Assembly: GCF_006345805.1 (NCBI RefSeq) | Contig: NC_043002.1 | Location: forward strand, 19,282,001-19,346,000 | Length of the DNA: 64,000 nt | Origin: Octopus sinensis | Lineage: Eukaryota | Direction of reading: 5' to 3' | Part shown: positions 1 to 11,968 of the stretch, piece by piece | Numbering within the stretch: position 1 is the first letter of the stretch | Layout: each line of letters begins with the position of its first letter | Notes under the pieces: generated by a model | Told to the model about the DNA's origin: nothing | Database searches by the model: none | What the model saw: only the letters and a program-made list of their open reading frames with translations | Made by a program: the position numbers and the translations under genes

Positions 1-1402
1 AGGCTAGGGAGAGTAACTCGGATGAAATCGGAGGTGGGAGGACGGTTACTGCTTATGCGGATGACGTCACCCTCATCGTGTCCAAAGAGGCCCAACTACC
101 TTGTGTAGAGGAGGCTATCAGAGGATACGAGGCGGTGGCAGGAGCAAAGGTTAACAAGGACAAATCGGTTGGCTTGCGCCTCGGCACCTGGAGGAGCAAG
201 TCGATATCGTCCAGTGTCGTGGGACACTGGACGGATGGCCCTGTTAAGTTGCTGGGAGTTTGGTTTGGACCAGACTCCCAAACGGAGAAGAACTGGAGTG
301 AGGTGACAAGCAAGGTGGAGGCCATAGTACGGACCTGGTCCGGAAGGTCTCTGTCCTTGAAAGGGAAGGCGGAGGTGGTGCAGATGTTCATTGCATCTGT
401 AATCACCTACCGCCTGACCGTTGTCCCTTGCCCCGATTCATGGCTTAACAAGTTGGAACGAATCCTTTTCCGCTTTTTGTGGAAAGGAGGAAAGCCACTT
501 GTGAGGCGCTCCGTTTGCTGCCAAGAACCGTTAAAGGGTGGGTTAGGGATGCCTTGGTTGATGATGCGCAGACATGCGTTGAGGCTAAGGCATCTCTGGC
601 ACCACCTGGAAGGTGATAAGGTGTGGAGTCCGCTGGCAGGGGGATTTTCCCGAGACCGGCCTCCTTAGTGAATTTTAAACCCGGTTACATCAAAAGATGG
701 AAACTGACTCCATGGCAAAAGGAGTGCCGACAGGCACTCACGCTGATCCACAAGGCGGGCAAGGCCGGCTGCGGAAATACCACCTCGGTATTTTATAGAG
801 GGCTGGTAGAGGCAAAAAACGACGACGTCCTAGGAGGGGCTCTGGGGTTTGATGAAGACCAGCTTGCCAACCTGTTTAAAAAAACTTTCAGGTCGGGGTA
901 TTTGGATAATTTCCAAAGATCCCTGGCCTGGCAGTGCTATAGGAATGCTTTACCTGTTCGCGAGAAGTTATCGCGGCACGGAGTTTCAGTGCCACCGACG
1001 TGTCCAAGGTGCGGGTTGGACGATGAAACCGTCCAGCACGCTTTTGTTCACTGTCGGAAGTTGTCCGACTTGATAAGTTACGCAGAACACGTGTTATCGC
1101 ATCTGGGACGAGTACAGCTGTCGGCTGAGTCTATGATTAAGATGATACCGCCAACTGGACTCTCGAAGGAAGGTGAGGCATGTTTTCACTGCACGGTTGC
1201 AGTAGTAAAGGAATGCATGTGGAGAACGAGAATGGAAGGAGCCGCGATAGGATCCTTTGTCTCCGGCCCCAGCCTGCTCACTTACTTCAGATATCATCTG
1301 AAGAGCAAAATGGGGCTGGAAAAGAGGATCTTACCACGGCGTGTGTATGAGAAAAGATGGAAGGAAGTAGAAAAAAAGGTGGGTGTCAGAAACCCAGCTT
1401 GA
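1..1402 (+). CDS. Tx1 ORF2 C-terminal part (end of RT plus zf-RVT), one frameshift near 650
   Basis: ORFs 78..668 and 623..1402 join; GCTTATGCGGATGAC encodes AYADD; CPRCGLDDETVQHAFVHC. Confidence 0.9.
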
Positions 1403-1650
1403 CCATGGAGGAGAGAGGAAGTGGAAGCTGCAGGGCCTCATAAATTGCCGGGGTGTAAAAGCTCCAGTAAGACTACAAGTTCATCTACTGTTATTTGTTA
1501 TACTGGTTATGCAAAGGATATTATTTTATAATGAATGTAAACAAAATTTTTAATCGAATCTCTTAAATGTTTTTTGTATGTATGTCCTGTATTTGTCCTT
1601 CTATGTTTGATTTTTATAATCATAATAAAGAAATACCTCTTCTCAATTCT
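1..1650 (+). mobile_element. Tx1/L1-clade LINE, tandem copy 1 (3' part; runs off the window start)
   Basis: Near-identical to 5285-6953 and about 10570-12228; contains YADD, the CPRC..ETVQH...C zinc finger, a 3' UTR and AATAAA at ~1624. Confidence 0.95.
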
Positions 1651-1846
1651 TCTCATTATTGCTTTCTTTTTCTGTTCGCGTTGTGAGAAAATTGCTGCCT
1701 CCATTTAAGAGAGTTCGAAGTTGTGATATTATTGTGTGTGCTAACTGTTTTGAACAGTGCCCGTTGTAAAACGGTAATTTTCGCCCTACGGGGCAGAAAA
1801 TTTGTATTACCTGCATTTTTGTTACCTTCGAGGTAAATTTTTTGAA

Positions 1847-3270
1847 ATGGAGTTCGACTTGACGTCGAAGGAAGATTTTCCCGTGATGGGAAAAAGTGAA
1901 AATAAGGATAAAGAAGTACCCAAACAGTCATTCTCGGCCGCGGTAGGCGGCGCCATGTTGGATGTCGAGTTTAAAATCGAACAGCTATATGAATACAGGA
2001 ACCTGGTAAAAGTGGAAGGAGGCGAGATAAGGCTTGTACCGCCGCAAGCGAAAGTACAAGAGATTAAGGAAGAATTGTGATTTACAAAGTGTACAGCTTT
2101 AAAGAAAAAAAGATAATGGATGTGAAAAATGAAATTGTCGAGAAGTGCCTGTCCCCGGTGTGGGACAAAATTCGTCATGTCGTTAGAGGTGCACGCAGTG
2201 CTACGGTCGAGGCGCACTTTGACACGGCAGAGGTGGCGAGAGAGGTGTCGTCGTTGACCCTAAAAAACGACGACATCATGCTGCTACCCTCGTACATGGG
2301 GAAGCGAACTGCGAAGTTACTGGTAGAAGACATACCCAGAGGGTACGACATCATGTGGGTAGCAGCGGCGGTCCTGCACAACATTGAAAGAGAGATAACA
2401 ATACTGCAGATGAGAAGGAAAGAGGTGGTGCGGTGGAAGGGTCAGACCCTGGAGCTCCTCGTGCAGGCGGAGAACAAAATCCTAGAAAACCTGCCCGACA
2501 GAATCTTTAATGAGGACGGTACGTCCATGAGAGTTTCGGTAGAGGGACGTAGACCCAGATGCTTCAAGTGTGGAGAGAAGGGTCACGTCCGATCCAACTG
2601 TATTAAAAAGAAAAAAACAGAAGAAGCGCCTCCTCAAAGTGTCCCTATCACTGAAGGGGAGGAAACAGGAAAAAACAACAAAAAGACGAAGACAAGTACG
2701 GAAACAAAAACAGACCATACAGAACTAATGGACTACACACAAGTCACTCATAAAAGAAAAAAAGAGAATACCCAGGACTCCCCTCCCCAAACAAGGAAAA
2801 AAACAGCAAACACAGCAGACACACACATCAAGCAAATCCCCCAACCCTACCCCCATGGCACTGTTTTCATTGGAAAACAGTTTGCCAAGCCCCTCCCCAT
2901 AAAACAAGACATAAAAAAGTGCCTACAGAAGAACGAAAGGATAATAGCTTTCGATGAGAAAAATGAAAAAGTGTACAAGTGTTGCAAACTCTCAAGATTT
3001 GTATTGTACAGTAGAACCACAGATGTAAAAGCAACCGCTCGCTTCGCGAAGGTAGGGGAGGACGAGTGGAAGGAGGAGGTTCTTCAGGAACATCTGAGGA
3101 ACCGTCTAATAAGAGACGTGACCAAAGAGGTAATGGAGGGCAAACTGATTATAACCCCGGCAACCACACCCACCCAGAGCCCAGTGGCAACGCCGGTCAA
3201 GAGCCCTGCAGCAGCGGAAGAAGGGGAAGCAGGCAGATTTAAACTGTCATGCTCCCTTTCCCAACCGTAA
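1847..3270 (+). CDS. Tx1 ORF1 gag-like protein with CCHC zinc knuckle (1-nt frameshift near 2075)
   Basis: Starts MEFDLTSK at 1847; RCFKCGEKGHVRSNC; basic low-complexity C-terminal half; the frameshift is absent in copy 3. Confidence 0.9.
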
Positions 3271-3297
3271 GTACATTATTTTTCTCTCTCACCCACA

Positions 3298-6200
3298 ATG
3301 GCTAAGCTGGGTGTATAAATGTACGTGGAATGGGGTCGAAACGGAAACAAATTTGTTTCCTGAACGACCTCACGACACATGGTGTATATTGCTATTGCAA
3401 CCGAGTCCAAGATGAGCGAGACCCAAGCGTTCTCGCCTCTTCTAAATGGTTTCGAGAAATTTATTTCTCCTAGCCGAGGAGGAGGCAGAGGCGTGGCAGT
3501 CTTCATCAGGAAGAGCTTGGACTTGCAGGTAAGTACTGTCTTTCTGGACCCAGAAGGCAGGCTGGTTGTCCTGGATGTGACTCACGTAAGTAAACAGTCC
3601 TTCAGGTTGGTAGCTGTCTACGCCCCGAACGAGGGTAGACAGACGGGTTTTTTTGGGAACCTGGAGCCCTTTTTAGCGACGTCGAAAACAGTAATCCTAG
3701 TAGGGGACTTTAACACTGTCCTTGAAGCGCACATCGACAATGTTGGCTCAACCAATAGGAAGGGGAACCCTAGCCTCAAGGGTCTACTAGAGAGCTTTGA
3801 TCTAGTGGACCGTTACCGACTGGATGAGCCGAGCGTTCCACAGTGGACGTGGAGTAACAACGACGGCTCACACAGATCGTATCTAGATAGGATATTTATT
3901 AAGAAAAGAGATAAGGATACGTTTAGTTGTCCACAATTTCATATTGTACCTTACTCGGATCACAAATTTGTGACGTGTGAGGTGCAATTAGACAAGTGTC
4001 ATAGACAGGGACCGGGTACTGGAAGCTGAACAAGGCTATTTTGAATTGTGAAGACTTCCGTACCCGGATTAAGGTGTTAGTTCAGAGGGCATTGTGTGGC
4101 ACCATCATTAACAATAGATGGTGGCACGCCCTCAAAAGAGCCATTCGTTTAGAGTCCGTTAGATTTAGCAATCAGCTAAGGATAGATAAGGCTAGTCTAG
4201 AGGGCGATTTAGTTAAGAATCTAGACGAGGCAATGGAAGCTGGCTCTGCATCCGGAGTGATGGCGGCAAGGACGGTATTGTACCGTCACCTTAACTCCAA
4301 ACACGAAGGTTGCAGAGTCAGAGCTAAGCTACGCGCTGGGAAACGAGAAGGTATTAACGTGGCCGGATGGGCCCGTCGTGTGGAGAGTCAGAGAGGCAAC
4401 AGAGCCTCAATCAAATCTTTGACTGACGAACAGGGACAAAAGATCTATGGACAGGAGGAGATGCAAAAGTTTCTTCACCAGCATTTCGCTCGCGTGTTCG
4501 GGGGTGGTGGTTCGCTGGATCGGGGGAGGGCCTTAAAGGACTTCCTAGCCGGCGGACCGCGGCTCGCGGGGCGTGAGAGGTGGAGTGCTGTGAAGGAGCG
4601 ATCACTCCCGCGGAGATAAGGGAGATACTGGCCGGATGCGCCGGGGAGAAGTCGCCGGGGTTGGATGGTCTGCCCTACGAGTTTTACCAAAGTATGCCGG
4701 ACTTGTTCGGGGGAATACTGGCGGGGCGTCTACACGAACTGGCAGCAGAATGGGAGAATTCCCAGTTCTGTAAGCCGCGGGGAGTGGTGACGCTAATCCA
4801 GAAAGACCCGAGCAAGGGGGATAATATTAGTACACAGGCCCATAACTCTACTTAATGTAGAGTTAAAGATTTTGGCCAAGGTGTTAGCAAAAAGGTTGAC
4901 GGTTGTCGTGGAGAAACTTGTAGGGAGAGCACAGACATGTGCAATTCCAGGCAGGTCGATCCAGGACAATCTTCACCTTATACGCTACACCTTAGATAGG
5001 GTGGGTAAATTAGCCGGCAAAGGGGGGTAATGGTCCATTTAGACCAAAGTAAAGCCTTCGATAGGGTAGACCATGGGTACCTGGCGACGGTCCTCGAAGC
5101 GGCTGGGCTGGGCCCTGAATTTCGCGGGTGGATCTCCGCTATGTATAGCGGCATCAAGTCCACCGTCCAGATAAACGGTTACCTAACGGAACCGTTTTCG
5201 ATCGAGTGTTCAGTGCGTCAGGGGTGCCCCTTGTCACCACTTTTGTACGTATTGGCCCTTGAGCCACTGCTGCGAAAGTTGGAGAGGCTAGGGAGTAACT
5301 CGGATGAAATCGGAGGTGGGAGGACGGTTACTGCTTATGCGGATGACGTCACCCTCATCGTGTCCAAAGAGGCCCAACTACCTTGTGTAGAGGAGGCTAT
5401 CAGAGGATACGAGGCGGTGGCAGGAGCAAAGGTTAACAAGGACAAATCGGTTGGCTTGCGCCTCGGCACCTGGAGGAGCAAGTCGATATCGTCCAGTGTC
5501 GTGGGACACTGGACGGATGGCCCTGTTAAGTTGCTGGGAGTTTGGTTGGACCAGACTCCCAAACGGAGAAGAACTGGAGTGAGGTGACAGCAAGGTGGAG
5601 GCCATAGTACGGACCTGGTCCGGAAGGTTTTGTCCTTGAAAGGGAAGGCGGAGGTGGTGCAGATGTTCATTGCATCTGTAATCACCTACCGCCTGACCGT
5701 TGTCCCTTGCCCCGATTCATGGCTTAACAAGTTGGAACGAATCCTTTTCCGCTTTTTGTGGAAAGGAGGAAGGCCACTTGTGAGGCGCTCCGTTTGCTGT
5801 CAAGAACCGTTAAAGGGTGGGTTAGGGATGCCTTGGTTGATGATGCGCAGACATGCGTTGAGGCTAAGGCATCTCTGGCACCACCTGGAAGGTGATAAGG
5901 TGCGGAGTCCGCTGGCAGGGGGGTTTTTCCCGAGACCGGCCTCCTTAGTGAATTTTAAACCCGGTTACATCAAAAGATGGAAACTGACCCCATGGCAAAA
6001 GGAGTGTCGACAGGCACTCACGCTGATCCACAAGGCGGGCAAGGCCGGCTGCGGAAATACCACCTCGGTATTTTATAGAGGGCTGGTAGAGGCAAAAAAC
6101 GACGACGTCCTAGGAGGGGCTCTGGGGTTTGATGAAGACCAGCTTGCCAACCTGTTTAAAAAAACTTTCAGGTCGGGGTATTTGGATAATTTCCAAAGAT

Positions 6201-6682
6201 CCCTGGCCTGGCAGTGCTATAGGAATGCTTTACCTGTTCGCGAGAAGTTATCGCGGCACGGAGTTTCAGTGCCACCGACGTGTCCAAGGTGCGAGTTGGA
6301 CGATGAAACCGTCCAGCACGCTTTTGTTCACTGTCGGAAGTTGTCCGACTTGATAAGTTACGCAGAACACGTGTTATCGCATCTGGGACGAGTACAGCTG
6401 TCGGCTGAGTCTATGATTAAGATGATACCGCCAACTGGACTCTCGAAGGAAGGTGAGGCATGTTTTCACTGCACGGTTGCAGTAGTAAAGGAATGCATGT
6501 GGAGAACGAGAATGGAAGGAGCCGCGATAGGATCCTTTGTCTCCGGCCCCAGCTTGCTCACTTACTTCAGATATCATCTGAAGAGCAAAATGGGGCTGGA
6601 AAAGAGGATCTTACCACGGAGTGTGTATGAGAAAAGATGGAAGGAAGTAGAAAAAAAGGTGGGTGTCAGAAACCCAGCTTGA
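3298..6682 (+). CDS. Tx1 ORF2: APE endonuclease, reverse transcriptase and zf-RVT (several 1-nt frameshifts)
   Basis: Consensus start MAKLGCINVRG; VGDFN, YLDRIF, SDH; PGLDGLP, LDQSKAFDRV, QGCPLSP, YADD; C-terminal CCHC. Confidence 0.92.
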
Positions 6683-7139
6683 CCATGGAAGAGAGAGAGG
6701 AAGTGGAAGCTGCAGGGTCTCATAAATTGCCGGGGTGTAGAGGCTCCAGTGAAGATCATAAGTTATATACTGTGGTTTATACTACTAGGTCATGTAAAAG
6801 ACATTTATTTTTATTTTTATAAATGAATAATTCAAATGTAAACGAAAAATTTTTAAAACGAATCTCTTAAATGTTTTTTGTATGTATGTCCTGTATTTGT
6901 CCTTCTATGTTTGATTTTATAATCATAATAAAGAAATACCTCTTCTCGATTCTTCTCACTATTGCTTTCTTTTTTCGTCTGCGTTGTGAGAAAATTGCTG
7001 CCTCCATTTAAGAGAGTTCGGATTTGTGATATTATTGTTTGTGCTAACTGTTTTGAACAGTGCCCGTTGTAAAACGGTAATTTTCGCCCTACGGGGCAGA
7101 AAATTTTATATTACCTGCGTTTTTATTACCTTCGAGGTA

Positions 7140-8560
7140 ATGGATTTCGACTTGACGTCGAAGAAGGATTTTCCCGTGATGGGAAAAAGTGAAAATATGG
7201 AAAAGGAAGTACCCAAACAGTCATTCTCGGCCGCGGTGGGCGGCGCCATGATGGATGTCGAGTTTAAAATCGAACAGCTATACGAATTCAGGAACCTGGT
7301 AAAAGTGGAAGGAGGCGAGATAAGGCTTGTACCGCCGCAGGCAAAAGTACAAGAGATCAAAGAAAGAATAGTAATCTATAAAGTATACAGCTTCAAAGAA
7401 AAGAAGATTATGGATGTAAAGAAGAATGGTAGAAAGTGCCTGTCCCCGGTGTGGGACAAAATTCGTCATATCGTTAGAGGTGCACGCAGTGCTACAGTCG
7501 AGGCACATTTCGACACAGCCGAGGTAGCGAGAGAGGTGTCGTCGTTGACCCTAAAAAACGACGACATCATGCTGCTACCCTCGTACATGGGGAAGCGTAC
7601 AGCGAAGTTACTGGTAGAAGACATACCCAGAGGGTACGACATCATGTGGGTAGCAGCGGCGGCCTGCACAACATTGAACGAGAGATATCAATACTGCAGA
7701 TGAGAAGGAAAGAGGTAGTGCGGTGGAAGGGTCAGACTCTGGAACTCCTCGTGCAGGCAGAGAACAAAATCTTAGAAAACCTGCCCGATAGAATCTTCAA
7801 TGAGGACGGTACGTCCATGAGAGTTTCGGTAGAGGGACGTAGACCCAGATGCTTCAAGTGTGGAGAGAAGGGTCACGTCCGATCCAATTGTATTAAGAAG
7901 AAAAGAACAGAAGAAGCGCCTCCTCCAAGTGTCCCTAACACTGAAGGGGAGGAAACAGGAAAAGACAACAAAAAGACGAAGACAAGTACGGAAACAAAAG
8001 CGGACCATACAGAACCAATGGACTACACACAAGTCACTCATAAAAGAAAAAAAGATAATACCCAGGACTCCCCTCCCCAAACAAAGAAAAAAACAGCAAA
8101 CACAGCAGACACACACACCAAGCAAATCCCCCAACCCTACCCCCATGGCACTGTTTTCATTGGAAAACAGTTTGCCAAGCCCCTCCCCATAAAACAAGAC
8201 ATTAAAAAGTGTTTGCATAAGAACGAGAGGATCATAGCTTTCGACGAGAAAAACGAAAGAGTTTACAAATGTTGTAAACTTTCGAGATTTATATTGTATA
8301 GTAGAACCACAGATGGGAAAGCAACCGCTCGCTTTGCGAAGGTAGGGGAGGACGAGTGGAAGGAGGAGGTTTTTCAGGAACATCTGAGGAACCGACTGAT
8401 AAGAGACGTGACCAAAGAGGTAATGGAGGGCAAACTGATAATAACCCCGGCAACCACACCCACCCAGAGCCCAGTGGCAACGCCGGTCAAGAGCCCTGCA
8501 GCAGCGGAAGAAGGGGAAGCAGGCAGATTTAAACTGTCATGCTCCCTTTCCCAACCGTGA
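7140..8560 (+). CDS. Tx1 ORF1 (copy 3; frameshifts near 7420 and 7660)
   Basis: MDFDLTSK start; same CCHC knuckle; ORFs 7026..7703 and 7646..8560. Confidence 0.9.
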
Positions 8561-8587
8561 GTACATTATTTTTCTCTCTCACCCACA

Positions 8588-11500
8588 ATGGCTAAGCTGG
8601 GTTGTATAAATGTACGTGGAATGGGGTCGAAACGGAAACAAATTTGTTTCCTGAACGACCTCACGACACATGGTGTAGATATAGCTATTGCAACCGAGTC
8701 CAAGATGAGCGAGACCAAGCGTTCTCGCCTCTTCTAAATGGTTTCGAGAAATTTATTTCTCCTAGCCGAGGAGGAGGCAGAGGCGTGGCAGTCTTCATCA
8801 GGAAGAGCTTGGACTTGCAGGTAAGTACTGTCTTTCTGGACCCAGAAGGCAGGCTGGTTGTCCTGGATGTGACTCACGTAAGTAAACAGTCCTTCAGGTT
8901 GGTAGCTGTCTACGCCCCGAACGAGGGTAGACAGACGGGTTTTTTTGGGAACCTGGAGCCCTTTTTAGCGACGTCGAAAACAGTAATCCTAGTAGGGGAC
9001 TTTAACACTGTCCTTGAAGCGCACATCGACAATGTTGGCTCAACCAATAGGAAGGGGAACCCTAGCCTCAAGGGTCTACTAGAGAGCTTTGATCTAGTGG
9101 ACCGTTACCGACTGGATGAGCCGAGCGTTCCACAGTGGACGTGGAGTAACAACGACGGCTCACACAGATCGTATCTAGATAGGATATTTATTAAGAAAAG
9201 AGATAAGGATACGTTTAGTTGTCCACAATTTCATATTGTACCTTACTCGGATCACAAATTTGTGACGTGTGAGATGCAATTAGACAAGTGTCATAGACAG
9301 GGACCCGGGTACTGGAAGCTGAACAAGGCTATTTTGAATTGTGAAGACTTCCGTACCCGGATTAAGGTGTTAGTTCAGAGGGCATTGTGTGGCACCATCA
9401 TTAACAATAGATGGTGGCACGCCCTCAAAAGAGCCATTCGTTTAGAGTCCGTTAGATTTAGCAATCAGCTAAGGATAGATAAGGCTAGTCTAGAGGGCGA
9501 TTTAGTTAAGAATCTAGACGAGGCAATGGAAGCTGGCTCTGCATCCGGAGTGATGGCGGCAAGGACGGTATTGTACCGTCACCTTAACTCCAAACACGAA
9601 GGTTGCAGAGTCAGAGCTAAGCTACGCGCTGGGAAACGAGAAGGTATTAACGTGGCCGGATGGGCCCGTCGTGTGGAGAGTCAGAGAGGCAACAGAGCCT
9701 CAATCAAATCTTTGACTGACGAACAGGGACAAAAGATCTATGGACAGGAGGAGATGCAAAAGTTTCTTCACCAGCATTTCGCTCGCGTGTTCGGGGGTGG
9801 TGGTTCGCTGGATCGGGGGAGAGCCTTAAAGGACTTCCTAGCCGGCGGACCGCGGCTCGCGGGGCGTGAGGTGGAGTGCTGTGAAGGAGCGATCACTCCC
9901 GCGGAGATAAAGGAGATACTGGCCGGATGCGCCGGGGAGAAGTCGCCGGGGTTGGATGGTCTGCCCTACGAGTTTTACCAAAGTATGCCGGACTTGTTCG
10001 GGGGAATACTGGCGGGCGTCTACACGAACTGGCAGCAGAATGGGAGAATTCCCAGTTCTGTAAGCCGGGGAGTGGTGACGCTAATCCAGAAAGACCCGAG
10101 CAAGGGGGATAACATTAGTAACTACAGGCCCATAACTCTACTTAATGTAGAGTTAAAGATTTTGCCAAGGTGTTGGCAAAAAGGTTGACGGTTGTCGTGG
10201 AGAAACTTGTAGGGAGAGCACAGACATGTGCAATTCCAGGCAGGTCGATCCAGGACAACCTTCACCTTATACGCTACACCTTAGATAGGGTGGGTAAATT
10301 AGCCGGCAAAGGCGGGGTAATGGTCCATTTAGACCAAAGTAAAGCCTTCGATAGGGTAGACCATGGGTACCTGGCGACGGTCCTCGAAGCGGCTGGGCCC
10401 TGAATTTCGCGGGTGGATCTCCGCTATGTATAGCGGCATCAAGTCCACCGTCCAGATAAACGGTTACCTAACGGAACCGTTTTCGATCGAGTGTTCAGTG
10501 CGTCAGGGGTGCCCCTTGTCACCACTTTTGTACGTATTGGCTCTTGAGCCATTGCTGCGAAGGTTGGAGAGGCTGGGGAGTAACTCGGATGAAATCGGAG
10601 GTGGGAGGACGGTTACTGCTTATGCGGATGACGTCACCCTCATCGTGTCCAAAGAGGCCCAACTACCTTGTGTAGAGGAGGCTATCAGAGGATACGAGGC
10701 GGTGGCAGGAGCAAAGGTTAACAAGGACAAATCGGTTGGCTTGCGCCTCGGCACCTGGAGGAGCAAGTCGATATCGTCCAGTGTCGTGGGACACTGGACG
10801 GATGGCCCTGTTAAGTTGCTGGGAGTTTGGTTTGGGCCAGACTCCCAAACGGAGAAGAACTGGAGTGAGGTGACAAGCAAGGTGGAGGCCATAGTACGGA
10901 CCTGGTCCGGAAGGTTTCTGTCCTTGAAAGGAAAGGCGGAGGTGGTGCAGATGTTCATTGCATCTGTAATCACCTACCGCCTGACCGTTGTCCCTTGCCC
11001 CGATTCATGGCTTAACAAGTTGGAGCGAATCCTTTTCCGCTTTTTGTGGAAAGGAAGAAGGCCACTTGTGAGGCGCTCCGTTTGCTGCCAGGAACCGTTA
11101 AAGGGTGGGTTAGGAATGCCTTGGTTGATGATGCGCAGACATGCGTTGAGGCTAAGGCATCTCTGGCACCACCTGGAAGGTGATAAGGTGTGGAGTCCGC
11201 TGGCAGGGGGATTTTTCCCGAGACCGGCCTCCTTAGTGAATTTTAAACCCGGTTACATCAAAAGATGGAAACTGACTCCATGGCAAAAGGAGTGCCGACA
11301 GGCACTCACGCTGATCCACAAGGCGGGCAAGGCCGGCTGCGGAAATACCACCTCGGTATTTTATAGAAAGCTGGTAGAGGCAAAAAACGACGACGTCCTA
11401 GGAGGGGCTCTGGGGTTTGACGAAGACCAGCTTACCAACCTGTTTAAAAAAACTTTCAGGTCGGGGTATTTGGATAATTTCCAAAGATCCCTGGCCTGGC

Positions 11501-11968
11501 AGTGCTATAGGAATGCTTTACCTGTTCGCGAGAAGTTATCGCGGCACGGAGTTTCAGTGCCACCGACGTGTCCAAGGTGCGAGTTGGACGATGAAACCGT
11601 CCAGCACGCTTTTGTTCACTGTCGGAAGTTGTCCGACTTGATAAGTTACGCAGAAACGTGTTATCGCATCTGGGACGAGTACAGCTGTCGGCTGAGTCTA
11701 TGATTAAGATGATACCGCCAACTGGACTCTCGAAGGAAGGTGAGGCATGTTTTCACTGCACGGTTGCAGTAGTAAAAGAATGCATGTGGAGAACAGAATG
11801 GAAGGAGCCGCGATAGGATCCTTTGTCTCCGGCCCTAGCTTGCTCACTTACTTCAGATATCATCTGAAGAGCAAAATGGGGCTGGAAAAGAGGATCTTAC
11901 CGCGGGGTGTGTATGAGAAAAGATGGAAGGAAGTGGAAAAAAAGGTGGGTGTCAGAAACCCAGCTTGA
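8588..11968 (+). CDS. Tx1 ORF2 (copy 3; several 1-nt frameshifts)
   Basis: ORFs 8602..10188, 10170..10403, 10363..11703 and 11747..11968 tile APE-RT-CCHC. Confidence 0.92.

Larger units (their letters stand above)
1651..6953 (+). mobile_element. Tx1/L1-clade LINE, tandem copy 2 (full length)
   Basis: 5' UTR, ORF1 (CCHC), ORF2 (APE-RT-CCHC) and 3' UTR, bounded by equivalent junctions at 1650/1651 and 6953/6954. Confidence 0.95.

Noticed and set aside
53-406. Antisense ORFs repeated in each Tx1 copy and across the RTE
   Set aside because: They are shadows of the sense ORF, repeated only because the copies are near-identical, with no recognisable domains.
600-11800. Frameshifts in Tx1 ORF1/ORF2 as programmed frameshifting or inactivation
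   Set aside because: The single-base indels fall at different positions in each copy and complement each other to an intact consensus. Similar losses pepper the satellite, which points to long-read consensus error.
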